Assembly: GCF_009914755.1 (NCBI RefSeq)
Contig: NC_060934.1
Source of the DNA: the human T2T-CHM13v2.0 reference genome, Homo sapiens
Length of the DNA stretch: 64,000 nucleotides
Strand: one strand, 5' to 3'
The notes beneath the pieces are model-generated. The model did no database searches and was not told where the DNA came from. It was given only the letters and a program-made list of their open reading frames with translations. Made by a program: the position numbers and the translations under genes. Positions 28,546 to 40,365 of the stretch are shown here, in pieces; within the stretch, counting starts at the first letter, position 1; each line of letters begins with the position of its first letter.

Positions 28546-31462
28546 GTCTTTAATATTATTCAGTAATATCTTTCAGGTCTCCCAGAAAACTTCAGTTGCC
28601 TTTGCAAAGTTATGCACTAACTATTCAGAAAGCATGCCAATATTGCAATGTTAACTGCATTGCATTCCATAAATGCAATGCTGGGTATGCTTCACTGCAG
28701 TCTATTTCTGTGGCAGTTGATGCTTGATGGAATGAAACCAAAATGTTCAGTCGTTCTGAGGAGCACCAAACCTCATGGGACAAGATATTTAACTTTTCTG
28801 AGTCTTGATTTTGTTATTTTTTCTAAATAGTGGGGAATTTCAAAGTTCTCTGAAGTTCCTTCTAGCTCTGTAATTCTATCATGATGAGATGAAGGAAGAA
28901 CTTTAGAATCACATAGTGCATAAAAGTCATTATTCAATTCAATAAGTGTTTATTGTGAACCCTAGGGCAGAATACCAGAAAAGAATCTATGAGAGAAAAA
29001 GGGCTAAATAGGACATGATCACTGCCCTCTGCTTTGCCCCAGCCTAAGAGAGAGGAGGGATGGGGTGGAAATCATCAAACACAATGTGTTCACTCAAAAC
29101 GGCATCATGGGGAAGCAGCAGTGGCCCAGACTGGGGTAGCTGTACCTCTGTGACTGCATCCCAACTTGACCCTCTGGTCCCGCTGATGTGTAATCAGTAG
29201 CCATGGGGTTGTAGCTGCAAGTGGAAATCATATGACACAGAGCGACATAGGGTGATACCTTCCTGATAGATACTCAAGGATTGCAGAAGACAGAACAACA
29301 AATGCATTTGAGAAATCAGTAAAATTTGGAGGCAGGGGAAACAATCGTTTCCCTCATCTATAACTTGGCTGGTTGTTAAGTTGTCCAGCAATAAGAATAG
29401 CCAGGGATATGACAGGAATAAAGAGTACTATAACTCAATTTGGAAGGAAGAGGAGGTGGAGGATGAAAACAGCATGAAATCCTGGGGAAAAGAAGACTAT
29501 TATTAGAGGGGGGTGGTAACCAGTGATCTGAAGCAGCAGATGTCTGATGCCTTTGAACGTGATGCCCACTAGGAGTCTGTGGGCACCTTCAGTGAGCACA
29601 AGACCAGCTGAACCTCCGTGCTAAACGCTACTGATGCTCACTGCCATCAGCTCACTGCATCTTCCCAATGGCCCTGAACAACTGATTGCAGCCATGAGTC
29701 CCAATAAAAGAAGAAGAAAATACACACTGAATGAAGTTCAAGCATACAGCTGGGCAGCAGGTTGCAAAACTGGCTGAAGGATAAGCCCCCAACCAAATCA
29801 CTGCTAACCCTTATCTAAGTTCCCAGGAATCCTGGAGCTATCTCCTTATAAAGAGCAGGTCACACAGTTCCAGGATTTTCATCTTACCAAGGTTATCTCC
29901 ATCCCAAGCCAACAGATCGATGTTAACCCTATGTCAGTTTTCTAGTCTCTGAAACTATTAGATCATTGAAAAAGTGCCCCTGGAATATCTTATGAAATGC
30001 TGTGGTTGTGGATTTTCATGCTGTTACCATATGTGGCAACAGAAGCTGAAAGATTCATATACACATGGTCTTCATTACATCTCTGTGAGAAAATCTTGGA
30101 ATCACTGGACTGCATCCTACATTTCTCTCTGCTTCCATATCCCCACTTCCCATCCCCATTTCTGAATCAGGGGCAGGGTTGTGTGATACATTTACTTTAT
30201 TCTTGTATGAAATACAACAAGGAGAACTTGACTCCCCAAAACCCTTGAAGAAGTGACATAGCCATAAATGGTAAGTGCTGAACATATTTTGAGGGCCTGT
30301 GTTGGGCAGATGCCTTTAAGCTTCTATGGTAAACATAGACTATGAAGTTTAGCCAACACCTTTGGCAATGTCTTTCCTAGGAATCACTCCTGAACAGCAG
30401 CACATTCTTTTAGACATGGATGTAACTACAGGCCTCCTGAAATAAAGATCTAGAAACCATCTGGGGTGACAAACAAACCCAGATTGGATTGAGACCTGTG
30501 GGCCATGTGAGGCTGTGTGCAGGGAAGGGGGAAACAGTCAGAGGTGACCCCAGCACCTTTCCAATGGTGCAAGAGTTGGAGGGCACAGGGAAAGAGAAAA
30601 GGAATCCCAGGAAGGTTTCTTTCTACTGTCTTTATAGACGTCATCTCACCACTTGTCCTCCCTTTTCCTGCTCCCCAGAGAAATAAGAGGGAAGCTGTAG
30701 TCTAGAAGCTTATGTCTCCACTGACAAAGGCTCAGGCACAAATGCGACTACTCAGAGACTGTCCAAGGAAGGAGAAGAGGGCAGGCCTGAGAGCTGTCCC
30801 CTACGCAACAGCAACATTTAAGGAGCTGGTGAACCAGGAACAGAACACCTAACTAACCGAAAAAGCCCGGCCAGGTGGTCCAGGCACAGCCAGAGGGAAT
30901 GGAAAGAAGAAGCAGGTGTGGGCCACAGCATCACTTTCCACAGGGGTCCTGGTGACTGTAGATGACTTTCTACTGAAATTCACATTACAAAATCAATTAA
31001 CCTTTGGTCAAGACTATGCTTAAACTCTAAAGGAGAATTTTGCATTTGAGGTAATATATAAGTAAAAGGTCAAAATGAACTATTTGATGCAATGGAATGG
31101 GGAATCTACCCTTTGTATATTGTGACAGTTGTTTATGTAAAAAGCTGTCATTGAATTTAATTCGGCAGTTTTTCCTCCAGTATTTTATTACGAAAATTGT
31201 AAAACAGAAAAGTTTCTTTTTGGGGGGTTGCTGAGTTGGGAGGTATGAACCTGAAGCTTTTGGTGATTGTTTTGCTTGCCAACTACAGAATGCCTGCACA
31301 CAGAATGAAGACAGGAAGAGAAGAGAAGGGCCAGGGAAAAACAGAAGGCCAAAATAGGGCCCTGACAGTTATTGTTTGAGCTCTTGAATCCATCAGGCTT
31401 TGAAATTGGGTTGAGACCTATACTTTGTTTACCTGAATCAAAATTATTTTCTTTTCTTAGGA

Positions 31463-33713
31463 ATTTATTTTTTATTTATTATCTTTCTTTTTTAATTATA
31501 CTTTAAGTTCTAGGGTACATGTGCACAATGTGCAGGTTTGTTACATATGTAAACATGTGTCATGTTTGTGTGCTGCACCCACTAACTCGTCATTTACATT
31601 AGGTATTTCTCCTAATGCTATCCCTCCTGCCTCCCCCTACCCCATGACAGGCCCTGGTGTGTGATGTTCCCCTTCCTGTGTCCAAGTGTTCTCCTTGTTC
31701 AATTCCCACCTATGAGTGAGAACATGCGGTGTTTGGTTTTCTTTCCTTGCGATAGTTTGCTGAGAATGATGGTTTCCAGCTTCATCCATGTCCCTACAAA
31801 GGACATTAACTCATCCTTTTTTATGGCTGCATAGTATTCCATGGTGTATATGTGCCACATTTTCTTAATCTGGTCTATCATTGATGGACATTAGGGTTGG
31901 TTCCAAGTCTTTGCTACTGTGAATAGTGCTGCAATAAACATACATGTGCATGTGTCTTTACAGGAGCATGATTTATAATCCTTTGGGTATATGCCCAGTA
32001 ATGGGATGGCTGGGTCAAATGGTATTTCTAGTTCTACATCCTTGGGGAATTCCCACACTGTCTTCCACAATGGTTGAACTAGTTTACAGTCCCACCAACA
32101 GTGTAAAAGTGTTCCTATTTCTCCACATCCTCTCCAGTACCTATTGTTTCCTGACTTTTTAATGATCGTCATTCTAACTGGTGTGAGATGGTATCTCATT
32201 GTGGTTTTGATTTGCATTTCTCTGATGGCCAGTGATGATGAGCATTTTTTCATGTGTCTGTTGGCTGCATAAATGTCTTCTTTTGAGAAGTGTCTGTTTA
32301 TATTCTTTGCCCACTTTTTATGGGGTTGTTTGGTTTTTTCTTGTAAATCGTTTCAGTTCTTTGTAGATTCTGGATATTAGCCCTTTGTCTGATGGGTAGA
32401 TTGCAAAAAGTTTCTCCGATTCTGTTGGTTGCCTGTTCACTCTGATGGTGGTTTCTTTTGCTGTGCAGAAGCTCTTTAGTTTAATTAGATCCCATTTGTC
32501 AATTTTGGCTTTTGTTGCCATTGCTTTTGGTGTTTTAGACATGAAGTCCTTGCCCGTGCCTATGTCCTGAATGGTATTGCCTAGGTTTTCTTCTAGGGTT
32601 TTTATAGTTTTAGGTCTAACATTTAAGTCTTTAATCCATCTTGAATTAATTTTTATACAAGGTGTAAGGAAGGGATCCAGTTTCAGCTTTCTACATATGT
32701 CTAGCCAGCTTTTCCAGCACCGTTTATTAAATAGGGAATCCTTTCCACATTGCTTGTTTTTGTCAGGTTTGTCAAAGATCAGATGGTTGTAGATGTGTGG
32801 TATTATTTCTGAGGGCTCTGTTCTGTTCCATTCGTCTCTGTTTTGGTACCAGTACCATGCTGTTTTGGTTACTGTAGCCTTGTAGTATAGCTGGAAGTCA
32901 GGTAGCGTGATTCCTCCAGCTTTGTTCTTTTTGCTTAGGATTGTCTTGACACTGGGGGCTCTTTTTTGGTTCCATATGAACTTTAAAGTAGTTTTTTCCA
33001 ATTCTGTGAAGAAAGTCATTGGTAGCTTGATGGGGATGGCATTAAATCTATAAATTACCTTGGGCAGTAGGGCCATTTTCACGATATTGATTCTTCCTAT
33101 CCATGAGCATAGAATGTTCTTCCATTTGTTTGTGTCCTCTTTTATTTTGTTGAGCAGTGGTTTGTAGTTCTCCTTGAAGAGGTCCTTCACATCCCTTGTA
33201 AGTTGGATTCCTAGGTATTTTATTCTCTTTGAAGCAATTGTGAATGGGAGTTCACTCATGACTTGGCTCTCTGTTTGTCTGTTATTGGTGTATAGGAATG
33301 CCTGTAATTTTTGCACATTGATTTTGTATTCTGAGACTTTGCTGAAGTTGCTTCTCAGCTTCAGGAGATTTTGGGCTGAGATGATGGGGTTTTCTAAATA
33401 TACAATCATGTCATCTGCAAACAGGGACAATTTGACTTCCTCTTTTCCTAATTGAATACCTTTTATTTCTTTCTCCTGCCTGATTGCCCTGGCCAGAACT
33501 TCCAACAGTATGTTGAATAGGAGTGGTGAGAGAGGGCAACCCTGTCTTGCGCCAGTTTTCAAAGGGAATGCTTCTAGTTTTTGCCCACTCAGTATGATAT
33601 TGGCTGTGGGTTTGTCATAAATAGCTCTTATTATTTTGAGATACATCCCATCAATACCTAGTTTATTGAGAGTTTTTAGCATGAAGGGCTGTTCAATTTT
33701 GTCGAAGGCCTTT
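31463..33713 (-). mobile_element. 5'-truncated L1PA (L1PA4-6-like), about 2.25 kb
   Basis: ORF 32318-33682 is L1 ORF2p RT region ([10 protein letters not shown]), continued by 31891-32253 and 31699-31881 after disruptions; reverse 3'UTR and T-rich tail; no clear TSD. Confidence 0.97.
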
Positions 33714-34140
<427 letters not shown>

Positions 34141-34164
34141 ACTAATTTGTTTTATTTTTACCCA

Positions 34165-35600
34165 CTTTTTGAAGATAGAATTTATACATCATAAAATTTA
34201 CCCATCCTAAGTGTACCTGATTAGTTTTACAAAAACTATACAATTGTGCAACCATCACCACAATTAGTCTCTGCTCCCTCTCCTTGCCCTAGCCAACTAC
34301 TGATCTTTTTGCCTCTACAGTTTTTGCCTTCCCCAGAAATTTCATATAAATGGAATCATACACTATGTATCCTTTGGTACTTGGCTATTTTTCAGTTAGT
34401 ATAATGTTTTTGAGGTTCATCCATACTGTTTTATGTATTTATTTTCATTGCTGAATAATCTTCCATTGTATGGACATAACTACATATGTTTATTTCATTA
34501 GTTAATGGATATTTGTTTGTTAGTTTTTTTCAGCTTGGAGCTATTATAAATAGTCCTACCATGGGTCTTTATGTAAGCATATATAAGCATGTATTTTTGT
34601 TTCTCTTGGGTAGCTATCTGGGGGAGTGTTATTACTGAGGCACATGGTGCTTGTATGTTTAACATTTTAAGAAAGTACCAGGTGTACCATTTTACAATTC
34701 ACTAGGCAATATGTGAGGCTGCCGGTATCTTCCTCACTACTACTTGGTATTGTCTTTTTTATTGCAATCATTTTAGAGGGCATGAAGTGGATCTCATTGT
34801 GGGTTTAATCTATATTTCTGTAATCACTAATGATAATGAGGATCTTTCCATGTGCTTACATGTGCTAACTTACTATTCTTTTTTCCTTTTTTTTTTTTCT
34901 TGGTGAAATATCTGTGGAAATCTTTTTTTTTTTTTTTTTAAGAAGATGTTGTTCTGCTGCCCAGGCTGGAATACAGAGAGTGCAGCTCACCATGTCCTCA
35001 AACTCCTGCACTCAAGCAAAGTTCCCACCTCAGCCTCCCAAGTAGCTAGTACTACAGGTACACACCACCATCTCTGGCTAGTTTTTTATTTTATTTTCAT
35101 TTTGTAGAGATGGTGTCTAGCTACATTGCCCAGGCTGGTCTTGAACTCCTGGCTTCAAGCAATCCTTCTTCTGGGATTACAAGTGGGAGCCACCATGCCT
35201 AGCCTTTGTCTATTTTTTAGTTGGGTTTTCAGCCTTCTCATTACTGAGTTGCAAAGGTTCTTTATATATCCTAAACTCAAGTCCTTTATTGGATATACAA
35301 TTTGCAAATATTTTTGCCCAGTTTGTGCTTTGTCTCTTCATTTTCATAATGATTTTTTTAAATAATGAAAGTTTAATTTTGATAAATTCAATTTATTACT
35401 TTTTTCTTATAAGGGTTGTGCTTTTGGTGTTTTAAGAAGTCTTTACTTAAACCAAGATCACAAAGATTTTCTTCTATAGTTTTTCTGTATATGTTTTATA
35501 GTTTTAGGTTTTACATTTTCATCTATGAGCTACTTTGAATACGTTTTAGTGTGGTGTGAAGAAAAGGTCTAAGTTATTTTCTAACGGAACAATATTCAAT
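34165..35600 (-). mobile_element. Old L1M 3' region interrupted by AluJ
   Basis: cataaaatttacccat, aattgtgcaaccatcacc, ttcatataaatggaatcatac, atctcattgtgg, aaccaagatcacaaagattttct motifs. Confidence 0.85.
34924..35203 (-). mobile_element. AluJ (diverged, internal deletions)
   Basis: Poly(T), gcccaggctgga...aactcctg..ctcaagc...cccacctcagcctcccaagtagct...gagccaccatgcctagcc. Confidence 0.9.
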
Positions 35601-35619
35601 TTTTAACACTCTTCCTCCA

Positions 35620-36380
35620 GCTTTGGCCACTTGCCCTCTGCTGTTTGTTCCAGCCAGACTGACAGTCCTTTGATGCATGAGCAGCCATGTTCCTTCTCAC
35701 CTTCTGGATTGATCTGTGCCAAGTCTCTTTGCAGAGATACATATTCATCTTTGGTACCTGTCTTCTTCCACTTGGCTAACCTCCACTTACTGTTCTGCTT
35801 ATTAAAGTATGCAATCACTTTCTAAATTTCCTTCACCATCAAATCATGAGCTCTTAGAATAGAGACTCTTAGCTGGATGTGGTGGTGCATGCCTGTGAGT
35901 CCTAGCTACCAGGAAGGCTGAGGAAGGAGGATCACTTGAGCCTAGGTGGTCAAGGCTGCAGTGAGCTGTAATTGCATCACTGCACCCCAGCCTGGATAAT
36001 AAAGCAAGATCCTGTCTCTTAAAAAATAAATTAATTTTTTTAAAAGAAAATCAAAAAGAAGAGAGACTCCATCTTTTTTGTTTCCTCCATATCCTCAGAC
36101 CCTAGAGCAGTGCTTGGCACATGGTAGGTCCTCAAATAACTTCTGTGAATGAGAGAATGAAAAGGTCCTTCTGGATTAATGAACAATAATAATTTATTTA
36201 CTTGCCATTCCCCATGAATGTCAAGCTGCTTGCAGTTCAGAGACTATGTTTTATTTAATTTCATGCATTCAGTGTTCAGTACATGCCATAACACATGATA
36301 AGTGTTCATGAATATTTATTGATAGAATGAATTTATTGAATGCCTATGTACTCGGGATGCACTAGACATAATAATGGGTA
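35620..36380 (+). mobile_element. L2 fragments (host of the Alu monomer)
   Basis: cctagagcagtgcttggcacatggtaggtcctcaaataa and second tail catgataagtgttcatgaatatttattga. Confidence 0.65.
35869..36056 (+). mobile_element. Alu right monomer (FRAM or 5'-truncated AluJ)
   Basis: Single right arm with A-rich tail; TSD agaatagagactc 35856-35868 / agaagagagactc 36057-36069. Confidence 0.9.
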
Positions 36381-37163
36381 ATGTATTCATGATCCCTGAA
36401 CATTTTTAAATCTTCCATTTCCTACATGTAATACTTTTTGATATTTTAGTCACATTGTAAGCAAGATTTTCTTCTTGTTAAAGGTTACAATTTTCTCATT
36501 GAGTACTTGAACCAAAAGCAATATCAGTTCAATGACTTTGTGGATATAAGTAAATTTTATTTTCATAACTTTAGTACATATGTGGATTTGGATCTGATTA
36601 GAGTAGTCAGTTATGTTGTTTGCAAGTAAAAAAAAATCTATAACTCTTTCAGGGAAAAAGGAGAAATTATCTAAAAGTCTTTGGATATCTGGTATAATCA
36701 AAGCTAACTGCAGAAATTTTGAGAGTTCAAGTGCATTGTGAATCCCTAATAAGGACAATATTATTCATAAATTTCATTTGACCTTGAAATGGTATTTTGT
36801 GATTGAGATTTTTCCTAAATAGTTATTGACATCTTGTGAAACACTGGGGTTTTATGGAACACACACTAGGAAATGCTTTATTAGAGAGGAACTCCTCTAT
36901 CATTTCTCAACTTCCCACCTACCTTAAGATCAGTAGTATGTGTTTAGACTGTCTCAAATCAGCAAACTCTCCGGATGAGTAGATGATCCCATCCTAGCTT
37001 ATCTGAGGGTCCTGGAACTAAGACTCAGACCTGAAGAATGTGGAGTTTGGCTTCATCGGATTGTGCAGCATGATACTGTGATTCCTTTGGTTTGCTTTGC
37101 TTTGTTTTAAGTCATGATAGAGGGACTTCTACTCCCTATTTTGAACAATTTACATATTAAGTC

Positions 37164-37473
37164 AGGCCAGACGAGGTGGCTAACACCTGTAATCCCAGGA
37201 CTTTGGGAGGCCGAGGCAGGCGGATCACTTGAGGCCAGGAATTTGAGACCAGCCTCAGAAACATGGCGAAACCCCATCTCCACTAAAAATACAAAAATTA
37301 GCCAGGTGTGTTGGCACATGCCTATAGACCCAGCTACTTGGGTCTACTTGGGTCTATTCAAGCAATGAGAATTGCTTGAACCCAGGAGACAGAGGTTGCA
37401 GTGAGCTGATTGCACCATTGCTGTCTAGACTGGGTGACACAGTGAGACCCTGTCTCAAAAAAAAAAAAAAAAA
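37164..37473 (+). mobile_element. AluS/J boundary element (AluSz/Jb-like)
   Basis: Full dimer with A-tail; internal 10-bp tandem duplication ctacttgggt at about 37334-37353. Confidence 0.93.
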
Positions 37474-39861
37474 GAATAAATTACCTTTAATAAAGAACGA
37501 GTTTTGAAGTATATGAAAAATTCACTTTAATTTTATATGCTTGGAACTTTTGAAAGGGATCAGCATTTTGTGGACTTACAGTGTAACAGGGATAAGATTT
37601 ACCCTCTCATATGAAACAACAAAGAAACTAGACAAAAAATAAGAAACCGTGGTTCTCATGACATTCAATATCAGGCAACAAAAGATAGTGATCCCTGAGA
37701 GATGGTAAACAAGAGATGAGCTTACGATTCCCCCAGCTTACTGCCTGGGAAAAGTTTTCAGGCCATTGAACAGCAAGGGAGATTCAGGCAGAGCCAGACA
37801 ATGTCCATGAGTTGGGAAGAATGAACTAGGTCTGAGAAGATAAAGGCAGCTAGAGTTTGCAAGCCTTAGGCAAGACAAAAGAGAGAGACACAAAGAACTC
37901 TGAATATTTGAAGAGATTTCTCTCAAGTATTCAGTTGAGTACTGATCAGCACATATATGTGGGATCAGAGAAAGAACCACCCAACGGGACTGGAGGAAAT
38001 AATCACTGGCACTTACATAAGGCCAGGAATGGTGGCTATTTCTAATATCCAGGGTAGAAAATCTCATAGTCCATGGAGCACTGGGCATTGTGCTCAAAAG
38101 TATGCTTCCTCAGTTATGAACTCTAAAATAAATGCTGGTCTGGTTCTACCTAAAAGTCTTAAAAAGCAATACATGAACAGATCAAACTATTTTCGACTAA
38201 CTTAACTATATCCTAGAACTTACAAATTCACAAAGTCTGCAGCCGATAAGAAATTACCATGCATGCAAAGAAGAAGAAAAATATGACCCAAAATGATGAA
38301 AAAATTAATCAGAAGTCACCCAGAAATGACACAAATTATAGAAATAACAGACAGGAACATTAAAACTCCTATTAGAATGCTATTTCATATATTCAAGAAG
38401 CTAAAGAAAAGACTGAAAAACTGAAATAGAGATATAGAAGATATAACAAAAGGTCCAAATCAAACATCTAGAGATGAAAACTATGATGTCTGAGATAAAT
38501 ACACTGGATGTTTAAGGGCAAACTAGAAATTGCAGGAAAAAAACTGAAAGATGTAGCAATATAACCTACTCAAAATGAAACACAAACACACATACACACA
38601 AATACTGGGAAAAAAATGAACAGAGGATTAATGAGCTATGGGAAAGCTAAAAGCCACCTAATATACATCTAATTGGAGTCCCCAAAGGAGGAGAGGAAAC
38701 AAAAACATAGATATATTTGAAATAATGAACTGAAATTTCTTCCAAATTTGATTTAAAACTCCAAACCCACAGATTGAAAAAGCTGAATGAAGCACAAGCA
38801 AAAGAAACCTGCAGGAAATTATACCAAGGCACATTATAGTCAAACTGCTGAAAACCAGAACCCTTTAGACACTAACAACCACACTTCTAACTAACCTGTA
38901 GGTGAGATGAAAACTAAAAAAGAAATTATGAAGTATTTTGAACAGAATGAAAGTGGAAATACAACAGATTCACAATTTATAGACTAAAGACCAATATTAG
39001 AAAAGACAAAAGGTCTCAGGTCAATGAATCGGTTTTCACCTTAAAAACTAGTAAAAGCAAATAAACAGAAGAAAGAAAATAACAGATATCAGAACAGAAA
39101 TCAACAAAATAGTAAACAATCACAATAGAAAAAGAATGAAATCAAAATTTTGTTCTCTGGGATCAATAAAACTGTTAAATGTCTAGTCAAAGTGATCAGG
39201 AAAAAACAGAAAAGACAAATTACAACAGAAACGGGAGAGGTGACATCACTTCAGACTCTGCAGATATTAAGAGAATAATAAAGGAATATTATAAATAGTT
39301 GTATGTCATTAAATTTGACAATGTAAATGAAATCTATAGGCTTTTTGAAAGAAAAATTACCTAAGGTGACCCAAGAATTAGATTAGTGAATTGCTCTATA
39401 ACCATTAAGGAAATTGAATTTGCAGTTAAAAAAACATTTAATTAAGAAAACTATAGGCCCAGATGTCTCCACTGGTAAATTCCATCAAACATTTAAGGGA
39501 GAGATAATACTAATTTTACACAAACTCTTCCAGAAAATTGCAGAGGAGGGAACATGTCTCAATTCATTCTATAAGGATACCATTATTCTAATACCAAACC
39601 AGACAAAGACATTACAAGAAAGAAAACTACAATCCAGAATCTCTCTTGAACATAGATTGCAAACATTCTTAACAAAATGTCAGCAGATCATACTTTAGTG
39701 TAGTTAGCATGGAAATTAATCAGTGTAAATCGTCACATAAGTCTGAAAAATGAAAAACCATACGAGCACTTCAATAGCAGCACAAAAGCATTTAACAAAA
39801 TCCAACATCCATTCTTCACTAAAACTTTTAGCAAACTGGAAAAAGAAAGGAGCTTCCTCAA

Positions 39862-40238
39862 TCCTGCCATTTGTAACAACATGTATGAACCTGGGAGACA
39901 TTATGCTAAGTGAAGCAAGTCAGACACAGAAAGACAAATACTGTATGATCTCACTTATATGTGGAATCTAAAATAGTCAAAACTCATGAAAGCAGAAGGT
40001 AGAATGGCAGTTGACAAAGGTTGTGAGGAGGAGAAAATGAGGAGGTGATGGCTAAAGGGTACAAATTTCATCATGTATAAGTTCATCCAGAACTTATACA
40101 AGATAAATAAGTTCTGGAGACCTACTATATAGTATAGTGCCTATAGTTCACAGTGTGGTCTTGTATACTTAAAATTGCTAAGATGTAAATCTTATATTGA
40201 ATGTTCTTATCAAAAACCAAAAAAGAAAAAAGAAAGAC
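39862..40238 (+). mobile_element. L1MA (L1MA8/9-like) 3' end nested in the older L1M ORF2
   Basis: atcctgccatttg...cagaaagacaaatactgtatgatctcacttatatgtggaatctaaa; host ORF2 breaks at ...ttcctcaa and resumes at ...cctcaacctggtaaag. Confidence 0.85.
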
Positions 40239-40365
40239 AAAAAAGAAGGAAGGAAGGAAGGAAGAAAGGAAGGAAGGAAGGAAGGGAGGAAAGAAGGAAG
40301 GAGAAAGAAAGAGAGAGAGAGAGAAAGAGAGAAAGAGAGAGAGAGAGAGAAAGAAAGAAAGAAAG
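40239..40365. repeat. Pure purine tract: (GGAA)n/(GA)n/(GAAA)n compound microsatellite derived from an L1 tail
   Basis: 127 consecutive purines. Confidence 0.95.

Noticed and set aside
32318-33682. 454-aa RT-containing ORF
   Set aside because: Truncated L1PA ORF2 fragment ending in a frameshift; not a host gene.
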